From Catajapyx aquilonaris (taxonomy: Eukaryota), in assembly GCA_000934665.2 (NCBI GenBank), contig JYFJ02001686.1, positions 52,739 through 72,738 of the forward strand: DNA of 20,000 nucleotides. Reading direction: 5' to 3'. A program made the translations under genes and the position numbers. The notes under the pieces were generated by a model. The model was not told the origin of the DNA. It worked only from the letters and a program-made list of their open reading frames with translations, and made no database searches. This document shows positions 11,077 to 20,000 of the stretch, piece after piece. The first letter of the stretch is position 1; each line of letters opens with the position of its first letter.

Positions 11077-11082
11077 TTTTTT
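11077..11082 (+). terminator. RNA polymerase III terminator (T6) of the tRNA gene
   Basis: TTTTTT begins 8 nt after the tRNA discriminator base. Confidence 0.85.
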
Positions 11083-13947
11083 CACACAAATATAATAAAA
11101 TGTTCAAAATATTATATCGTAACACCTTTTTTTGCGTCAACAAGCCATTGTTGGCAATAGTGATGTCAAGACTATTCTCAGGCCAAAATTCTTTTTCGAA
11201 AATTAGACACCCATACTTCAAACATAAAAAATTGCATTTTTTTTGGTTAGTTTGTGCATGATTCGTATAGCCACATGCATGTGTATTTTTTTGATTGCTT
11301 TACATTCGACTGTTCATTTCGCAGTACAGCTATTGGAATTAATTATAGCCTACTTCATCAAGGGTAATTTTGTTGCTGCATAAAAAAATGCAGGTTCACC
11401 GTGATTTCACAATTTTTGGCGGAGGGATGCTTTAACCTATAACCTTTAATTAATTTCGTGCAAATATCACCATTCCCATATTAGGTTGCAAAACTGAACG
11501 CAATTTCATCCAACAACGCACACAATATAAAAAAATACTGGGCACGACCGAAATTCCGCACAATGCAACCAATTGCCGCAGACAGATACGTCAGTCACAT
11601 CCAAGAAGTGGGCGAATAACCGGTTCAAAAATTTAGTCCTTGAAAGGTGTGAAATAAGATATTTTATCAATATTAATCAACCAAAAAAATATCAAAAATA
11701 GCTGTAACCACATGTGTGTGTATATGGCCATCACATATGTGTGGTTGCAGTTATATTTCATATTTTTTTGGTAAATTTGGACATTCCTCGTCAAAACACC
11801 GAATTCATAACTTCCGCATGCAAATTTCTTACGAAATTAGTACCCAATGAAATAAGTCATGTTGATGATAAGTTCGTGGGTCCCCTTATGTGGATGGCAC
11901 CATCGCCATTTGGGGAATTCCTGGCGCGACTCTAGAGAGGCAGGCAGCCAGCAGAGACAGTCGTGAGCAGCAGCACTTGAGCGGAATCGTTGCTTATGAT
12001 ATATGGTGCTCATAATTAGCGCCGACCCAAAGCAATTAACAGCTGCGGCAAAGGAGTTTGGGGAGCTGAGGGAAGAAACACGGGACGAAGCCGTATTGCG
12101 ACGACCTCCATTGTCCCAGGCAAAGGCGGGCGAGCGCATTCCGGAAAAGGGTGACGCCCAAGGCACCACCACCAGCCAGAATATATATAACAGGCCAAAG
12201 TCTCAACCTGGTCTCTGCAGAAGCCTCGCCTTTGCAATAATATTAGCTAGAGGTTTCTGCCAACTGAGGAAGATAAGCACACTTCCTAATCAAATAGCCA
12301 GTTCCGAGCCACCGTGATTTTTCTCCATCAAATGAGATGACCCTTTGTTGGATATTCCTTGACCATTTGACCCCTCACGTACTGTCACACCGGCTAAACT
12401 CATGTGTATATATCACCGACATGACGGCGTGGAAAGTCTCGTCTCCCAACATGATGAACGATCACCGCACGTGTTTATAGCCGAGTGATAAACGAGCCCA
12501 ACCCGTGCACCCTACGTGCACCATTACCATTAAGAGGACAGAAGTCTATTGGATGCACACTCGCCGAAATTACGGTTTTGACCGCCGCCAACGACATATA
12601 GGACTATACCACTTCCCAACAGCCAGGGCGCTATCTCTTCAGGGTTTTCCGGGGGGGGGGGGGGGNGAGAGACGATATTGAACTTCCAACCCACCCACCC
12701 CTTTTCCTCCTCCAACCTTCTCAGTTTTTGCTCCATCCCCCATGATGAAACCGAGATTCCGCCATTTTGTCTGCTGAAAAGGAGAGGTAATTTTGAAAAT
12801 GTCTCTCCCCCGCGCAGGGTAATCCGGCCGGAGCTTTCCATTCAACGTGGCGTATACACACTGTACTTGTTGAGGGGTGAGTCAAAACATCTCTACAGGG
12901 TGTTCCATCTCTTAAGACAAACCAGTTGACTGCAACTTCCGGGTCCAGATGCGCCTGCAAGTTTGGATTTCCCATGTCTTGATGGAGTGACATAGAGGGA
13001 CACTCTCTATCTGCTTCTGCCAGCACAACCACTTAGGGAATCTCAGCAGCCCTTTCCGCCCCTCGCAGCGCCAGAGGATGCCATGAATGAGGCCATAAGA
13101 GTATATAGCAGCTGCGACGAACAACGTCAAAGAAGAGGGGTTGCTATGGGGCCCCCTCAGGCTGCAAGATCCTCTCTCTGCCACCCAGAAACAAATCTCA
13201 CCCTCCCCCACATCATCCCCCATCCAGAACTTAGCAAGGGGAGAGAGAGAGGAGGGGGGGGGGGGTTTCTGTACAAGAACCTTCTTCTTTTCTATCCATC
13301 TCGGCTCGTTATTTTCCTTCCGTGGCGAACCCGTCAGGAAAATAGAGGCTGACGAAAGGAGCTGGCTCTCATCAGAATGGCTCGTTCCGAATCGATAAAC
13401 TCGCGCTAATATTGCTTCCATTCGAGGGTCGCATCCCACTAGGCCTATTGACGAATATGCCCCATTAGCTGATGAAGGCTGCAAAATGGCTCCCTAGGAG
13501 CAGGCGGTATTGATAGGCTAATAGAAAAAAAAGAGCAGATGGAATATATATTTTTACCTAAAATATATACATATACCCCATGTGAATAGAGGGGGAGAAA
13601 ATCAAAGGGAGGAAAGATGGTTCAGACGGAATGGATTGGAGGGAGGAAACGACTCCAACCTAGTGGAAAATGGCCGTATCGGATTCGCATTGCGTTCTCT
13701 AGATGAGAAGAGCATGTCTGCTGAAGCTCACTCCGGTGTGGCCATTTTCACCAGTTGAGAATGGTACTAATTTCGCATTGAGCCGAATCGATTTAAGCTA
13801 AAGGGCAAAATAACTGTGCCCTATTCAGAAGTTATTTCTGCAAAGTGGTGCAAACCAGGTCATGCTCATCGGAAAAAACAACAGGTTGTATGTTTATTTT
13901 AAGATACGTTCATTCTTGAGAACTTGGGCTCAACATGTCAATATATA

Positions 13948-14107
13948 ACCATAAGGAGTAGTCAGATAGCATGAATACTGACTGAGAGTCAGATAATATG
14001 ATTTATATACTGTCAGAGATTCAGGGAACATGATTACTGACCAAAAGGTGACCACAAGAGGTAGTCAAATAACATGACTACTCCCTTATGGTCATCCCTT
14101 ATGGTCA
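13948..14107. repeat. Small IR-bounded cluster of degenerate repeats
   Basis: ACCATAAGGAGTAGTCA (13948-13964) is inverted relative to TGACTACTCCCTTATGGT (14075-14092), with one indel. About four degenerate AGTCAGATAACATGA.TACTG units lie inside. TCCCTTATGGTCA is tandemly duplicated (14082-14094, 14095-14107). Confidence 0.6.
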
Positions 14108-14694
14108 CCCCTTTCCCCCCTAACTTAAATCACAACGCGCCAATATGAAATTGGCCATCATACAGCAGTGGTTGTGACCCTCGAGTTGAAGCACCCCTCA
14201 GATACAGCCCCCCTCTATGCCACAGTGTAATTCGGTGGGGAGGCCGCAAGAGGGCATCAATCCGGTATTACTCATCGCAGCAGACGATGGTCCAAGCACT
14301 TTTAATATCGCAGGTGCTCAACACCGCATAATTTGGGGGGTCGGTTCCAATTGGAGAACCGCAATCATGCACTCGATATTAATCATTTTCGCTCGCTTAT
14401 GAGACCTGCTCTGAAGTATCTGGAAATGAGACTCTCTCCATTAGTACATGGTACCCCCTCAGTGGGTGGCCACTTTTGCGTCTGCTGCACTTGCCCAATT
14501 TGAGCCCTCCCGAAGAAGACATGTCCCCGCATATATCCAACCAACCGTTACAAAACGATCCTAACACAACCCGATGTACTGTCCACACCCCATTAGGCAT
14601 GACCCTCATTGTGTCCTCTTCTAATACCGAATATTGTTCCATCATTGATTTATCCGTATTGACTCAGCATCGGTCGATCCAATGACACCACAAC

Positions 14695-14743
14695 TACAGG
14701 GTGAGCCATAACTTACACTATTGTATAGTACAGGGTGAGCCAT
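14695..14743 (+). repeat. 15-bp direct repeat resembling Tc1/mariner TIR starts
   Basis: TACAGGGTGAGCCAT at 14695-14709 and 14729-14743. Confidence 0.6.
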
Positions 14744-15590
14744 CCACTGGTGGTATACTATTAGATTTAATTCTAGCACCAACCCAGCAGGCAGGCCATC
14801 TCCATCAGTCGAGCAAGGGAGCTAACATGGCCGCCTGCCCGCCAACTGCGCCATCACGCTGCAATTAAGTCGCACAACAAGTGCGCGAAATTTAATTAGA
14901 GCCCAGCACTTTTCATGCATAAATACTGCGAAACTGGGATGTCTCCCCCGATATTAACGGGGGGAAGCCCTCCCTTTCAAGCTTCCCGGGCAGAAACTAT
15001 TTCACTAAAGCCCTTCCCGAGCTTGGAGTCTAATACGCTTTTCCCCACCTCTCTAATATATTGGTCTTCCCCAGCAGGCAGGCTCCCTCCCCGAATAATA
15101 TGAAGCAGAAACCACTGTCTTGGCCGTGGGGCTTACACACGCCAAATTCCGCACATATTTCGGATTAGGCTTCACGGTTTGATGCCCGGTTCGCGCCGCG
15201 ACTCACAATGGCGTCGGCGGATCCGATTCAATGAGCTATGAACTCGGCTCCGAGGATTACTCCTAATGCACATAATCACTCGGGGGTGACATAATAGCAG
15301 ATTGCACGACAGCCTAGCCAGATTTTATTGCCTGTTAATCAATATTTCAGCTCGGTATACTATATATATAAAAAATTCCCCATCCGGGGAGCTTCATCTC
15401 CCTCCAGTGCCTCCAGCCAAAACAGGCTTGTTGCCAATACTACCAGTTCGTTTAATGTTTAAAAGCAGATGACATGAGTTTGGAATTGGGGCTGGCCCAG
15501 TTGAATATAAGATTTTTTTAAAAAAATAATCATATCGCCATATATCGTACGCCCATCATAGCCCTACGACCTATATAGGACATGGGTTCT

Positions 15591-15970
15591 TAATTTGCTG
15601 ATTAAAGAATGTTTAAAAATGAATATGTTAATTTGTTGGTGGGCCATATAGCCAAAACCAAATTCAATTTGCTCATAAAATTGTTAAAAATTAATATGGT
15701 AATTTATTGCCTATATAGCCAAAACCCAAATTTAATTTGCTCATAAAAATGCATCAGGATGTAACAGACTTCAATGGACCGCGGAAATCAGTATGTTATA
15801 ACCAAGGTCCGTTATAGCCGAATACACAAGCCACATATGGAAGTGTGACGGGATAAGCCTTTCGAGTCTATAAAATAACTGAAAGCCGATGCTGTTATAT
15901 CCGGATTTAACTGTAGTTAAAAATATTAGTAGGTTAATTTATTATCAAAATGGCTATATAGCCAAAAACC
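15591..15970 (+). repeat. Degenerate AT-rich tandem repeat (~65-75-bp unit), interrupted by a MITE fragment
   Basis: Recurring ATATAGCCAAAA(A)CC (near 15646, 15713, 15956) and AATTTGCTCATAAAA ... TTAAAAAT.AATATG.TAATTT blocks. Confidence 0.65.
15752..15913. mobile_element. One-ended Tc1/pogo-like MITE fragment
   Basis: Right end GTTATATCCGGATTTAACTG|TA (reverse complement TA|CAGTTAAATCCGGATATAAC), with internal GTTATAACC and GTTATAGCCG repeats. The host tandem repeat resumes right after the TA. No left TIR found, so the left boundary is approximate. Confidence 0.5.
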
Positions 15971-17043
15971 ATCGCCTGTGTCGCATATAGCCCAAATCTT
16001 TTGATACATCGACATCCTTTGTGCTTCCAGCATGCCACTCATTCGCAATTTTTGTTTCCTCCTCCCTTTTAATGTACAAACATGTACTTGCTGGGTTGTC
16101 GAACTACCCAAAGGGGTACCCAATAAATCTGGACAAAAGACACTGTAAGAAGCGGGGTCCTCTCCCCCCGAAAAATTAGCCATCAATCACCATTTTGATG
16201 CCCACTCTTAAAAATTAGTGAACCGTCAACTATATTCAAACCCAGGGCTGCTCACCTGCCGACCCATTCTTTCTTATTCATCCACGGCCATATTGTACGT
16301 TCCAATGGCTCTGAAGCTAATTACAAGTATCTGCGTCAGAATGGGCCTCATTCCACCAGACAAAGATTCGGCACTGCACACAGGGACTAAAACCTCTCCT
16401 ATCACCCAGTTTTTTTCCCCTATATAGTGAAGAGGATAGCCACACACGGACGGACGAGCCCTAATAATAGGACCCTGGACTCTCGGTGGAAAAAATTTTG
16501 GTAAGAAGATTCGGTAATTCTACTGCTTAATGAAAGCTCTCTCTTGATGCCTGAACAACTCGCAGGGGGGACACACCCGACCTATCCCCGATCCTTCCAA
16601 ATGCAATCATCCCCCTGCTGTGGTCACACTTTGTCGCCAGGCCGCCAAAGCTATTAATCCTCTCAATCTCCCTGATTCAGAGAGAAGGGGGGGGGGGCTA
16701 AAGTACCCCCCCTCTAAAAAGAAGAGTCTCTTCTGACCGCCCAATGTGTATGTGTCTGTGTGTTCTTCCGCTAATGCGCCGATATGAGTCTGGGGGTCCG
16801 GAGAGGTATGATGTCACAAAAACCTGGCTCTTTTTATCTCTTTGTGCAGTCCAGGGCTTTTTCCATAGAGGAGTATATAGGGAAGAGGGGAGAGCAATAT
16901 GGGTTCTCAGCCATGTAATCCTTACGTGAAGCATGTTTGCATGAGGATAATTTCTAAATTATGGGTTAGCATGGCAGTAGTACATTAGTTTGGAACTGGA
17001 AGTTCGTGTCCTGTTCGTTACGGGCGCTGCTGATGCGGTTGGA

Positions 17044-17274
17044 TGTTCGATATATCACTTGGTAATCGATCATCCAATATGGAAAGATCGACAATTATAT
17101 TGCCTTCACATTTCCCTGCTGACAGCGATGAAGTTTGTACAAATCGATCTCCAGCCGATATATCGAATATCGATAATCGACATCGAATCAGTGACATATT
17201 TTTATTAATAAATGCGAGTATAATAATATAGACTTATCAGTTATAAAAAAGACACACGAATTTGGAACATCCTG
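17044..17274 (+). mobile_element. Tc1/mariner-like MITE copy A (right TIR retained)
   Basis: 17044-17203 aligns to ~17637-17815 (e.g. TGACAGCGATGAAGT; CCGATATATCGAATAT.GATAATCGACATCGAATCAGTGACA). Ends AGTTATAAAAAGACACACGAATTTGGAACATCCTG|TA, the inverse of the copy B left end. Confidence 0.7.
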
Positions 17275-17280
17275 TATATT

Positions 17281-17538
17281 TATTATTAGTTTTTCATACC
17301 CCATGCTAGAGACTTAGGCTCCCTTAGGGGGGTGGATTACCACCATTGGATGGGACAAGGGATAGGGAAGGAAGGAAGCGGCTGTGGCCTATTTTTACGG
17401 AAACGACCCCGGAATTGTCCTGGAGGGGACCATGGAAAACCACAGAAAACCATGGTCAGGGTCGCCGGCCCCGGGATTCGAACCCATGACCTCCCGATTA
17501 TCAGGCGGGCTCCTTATCCCCTACACCAACCTGCTTCG
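17281..17538 (-). mobile_element. tRNA-derived SINE, apparently full length (~258 bp), with 17-bp TSD
   Basis: On the minus strand: box A-like TGGTGTAGGGG (17518-17528), box B GGTTCGAATCC (17474-17484), body GGTTTTCTGTGGTTTTCC...AGGCCACAGCCGCTTCCTTCC and an A/TAA-rich tail. Flanking direct repeats GGAACATCCTGTATATT (17264-17280) and GGAACACCCTGCATATT (17539-17555), 2 mismatches. Confidence 0.88.
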
Positions 17539-17558
17539 GGAACACCCTGCATATTATA

Positions 17559-17815
17559 CAGGGTGTTCCTAATTCGTGGATATTTTTATAACTGGTATCG
17601 CCCGAGAGTAGTTATTTTTGTAGCTGTTAAATAGACTGTTCGATATTTCGACATATCGTTTTCTCCAATCGGTAATCGATCAATCAGTATGGAAATGTCG
17701 ACAACTATCAGTTTGTCATCTTCATATTTCCTTGACAGCGATGAAGTCTGTACACATCGATCTCCACCGATATATCGAATATAGATAATCGACATCGAAT
17801 CAGTGACAGATTTTT
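17559..17815 (+). mobile_element. Tc1/mariner-like MITE copy B (left TIR retained)
   Basis: Starts TA|CAGGGTGTTCCTAATTCGTGGATATTTTTATAACT. Interior is homologous to copy A. No right TIR seen. Confidence 0.7.
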
Positions 17816-18687
17816 TTCCTACAAAAAATGGGATATATTATTTTTATAAAAATCAACTATAGTTTCGACGATTTTGTGTCCAATCTGGTGCCCACTTTGG
17901 TACGAAGGTATACCGGTACCAATTTCCGTCAACAAGCAGTCATTTTGTTTCACCTTAGCCTATCGTTGAGTTGACAGCTTTATAGTGCGGTACAAATCAT
18001 GTTTAAGCTTATTACCTGCATAGTATAGTGCGACCTTGACATATACAGTTGGCATTACGCAACCTTGTTACACGACCATATTCCCTCACTATGAGTCGTG
18101 TACATCCGCCTATTATAGACATTTAAAAAATCCCTGCTGACGATGAAAATTTTTTGACCACTTCGTGACTTGAGAGTCCTGCCACAAAACCACGGACATT
18201 TCCCGTTACAACCCATCGCGTTATACAGTCGGAGCATAATCTCGGAACCTGGTTCTGGACATGGTTTAATCCGAAAGCTTTCCAATTTGGGCGACGTCTT
18301 CCGCAAGCAGCAGGTGGCCTCCACCAACCGGCAAAAATACATATAATTTATCGGAAACAAGCTGCCGAGAAGAGGATTTTTTTTCTCTTTCTTTCTCGTT
18401 CGGTCTCGGACGACCAAATCGCCATGCATGACGACCGACTTAGCACGTGCCCTGCTTTTATGTTCTGAAATATAGAGGGCAATCCAGTGAGTCGCAGAAA
18501 ATTGCACTTCAACAGTTGTGCCTGGTTAGGAATCGTATAATTTTCCAAGCGTTTGAAAGGTTGTGTGAAATGGCATTTTTTTGACACCATGCTCATATTC
18601 ATTTTTCAGTTCAGTATGAGGCGGTCATTTCATAGTTTAAACAGCTGACGATTAATTTATTCAAAATTTAAATGAGTAAAAAATTTT

Positions 18688-18736
18688 GATGACATAGTTG
18701 TCATCCAAATAGCTATGTGGATGACATAGTTGTCAT
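18688..18736 (+). repeat. 17-bp direct repeat, each copy palindromic
   Basis: GATGACATAGTTGTCAT at 18688-18704 and 18720-18736; each contains ATGACA-TAGT-TGTCAT. Confidence 0.7.
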
Positions 18737-20000
18737 AGCAGAAGAACTGACCTATTACTTTCTTTAAATTTGCAAATGCCTATAATGAAAAGGGTTAATC
18801 TCATAAACCCGCAGTTAACCCACCATTGTCCTAAACTGGCCAATTTTGACATAAACATGCCCGTGTGTAGGGCTAATCCTTCGATACTGATTACAGCATT
18901 TAGCTCTCTCTTTTTGCAGATTCGCCCCATGAACAGCCGTTATCGAATAAATCCTGTACTTTTTTTAATACTGAAAAATGTTTCAATTCTAGCCCAAAAC
19001 CCGAATTTGGCTTCCCATTTCCTAAAAGGCCAGATATCACTTCATCGTCTCAATTCCCATCCCAACGTCACTTATAGGCCCTTAGTCACAACTAACAACA
19101 GAAGGGTGGGAGAAAAGACGACGAAAAAAAACTGGGGGAGAGAAAACTTCGCACAGTAGTATCACTCTTGACAATAGCTCGCCTCAGAATTTTAATAGAC
19201 TTTTAATAGAATTTCCTTCCAAGGAATAATATCTTCATTTCTTCCCTCGTTTTCGTCCGACGAGATCAATCATCTTTCATTTGAGGATTAGCCCCACTTC
19301 CTGGGGCCCTATTGTCTGCAGCTTTAGCTGCTGGGTATAGGGGGTGGCGTAGACCTCCCTCTTTCCTTCATAAAAAAATAGTCTGCACTAAGAATAGCAA
19401 CCAATTTTTATCCTGCAAGCACATACGGAAGCGCATTACTAGGCATTTATTTACTGGTCCGTAAGTGTTCCGGAAGCATTGCTGACAACCTGCTTCCTTC
19501 CGACACTGCTTTTCTGTAATCGCAGCTATAAATCTACCCCCCATCAAACTCCCAGTCTTTTGAGCTTTGACACGATTCGACAACACCCACAAATCCGAGT
19601 CTTCAGAAGCCATAAAGAAGAGGCACGGAATCGGTGACAAATGGCACCCTAAGTAGCCGCATCAATCACATACACTCAACTACAAAAAAAAAATCTGCAA
19701 TCACGCTACATTTCAAAATGTTGCGTGTTAATTCCTGGCCTAAATAATTTTGCAACGTCTTCTGAGAATCTATTGATTTTGGATCCAACCAATGCAATCT
19801 CAAAGACTGTCTGTGGGCCAATGACTCAATAAACCCATCCTAAAACTGTGTGGAAGACACAATTTCGTCAAAGCTACTTTTTTCCACCATTTCAGAATTA
19901 ATGCCCCTCAAGCTTAGGACCCCCCTTCAATTCCATCCCAGAAGTAATTTTCACCTCGCCTGCATTTCCTTTTCAGACTCCAAATCCCAGGATTTGAAAT

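Noticed and set aside
789..12666. Long poly-C/poly-G runs ending in a single n (801, 3663, 5618, 12666)
   Set aside because: Most likely sequencing or assembly uncertainty at homopolymers. Run lengths and contiguity there are unreliable, so no biological claim is made.
12912..13484. Longest ORF (190 aa, minus strand)
   Set aside because: Non-ATG start, runs through polypurine/poly-G low-complexity sequence, and shows no recognisable protein motif.
17465..17538. Second tRNA gene on the minus strand
   Set aside because: It has A and B boxes but no clean cloverleaf, and continues into a SINE body with tail and TSD.
18055..19159. 150-aa and 129-aa ORFs
   Set aside because: No similarity to any family I recognise and no transposase or reverse-transcriptase motifs. 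Short spliced exons cannot be excluded without RNA-seq.

Overview
Non-coding, repeat-rich stretch of a eukaryotic genome, most likely an invertebrate and possibly an arthropod (inference from the metazoan-type tRNA, frequent CpG and the SINE body motif). I can support no protein-coding gene: all ORFs are short, resemble no family I recognise, and several are artefacts of repeats. The firm features are an intact tRNA-Arg(ACG) gene with a Pol III terminator (10997-11069), a 349-bp near-perfect palindromic MITE with a 3-bp TCA target duplication (2117-2465), a ~32-bp minisatellite (9918-10184) and a full-length tRNA-derived SINE with a 17-bp TSD (17281-17538, minus strand). The SINE is inserted at the junction of two Tc1/mariner-like MITE copies. 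There is also a 69-bp retroposed fragment with its own TSD that shares a 22-nt block with the SINE, two copies of a CACTG-ended TIR element, and several decayed TIR fragments. I see no evidence for a new biological system; the interest lies in possibly undescribed transposable-element families and their nesting.
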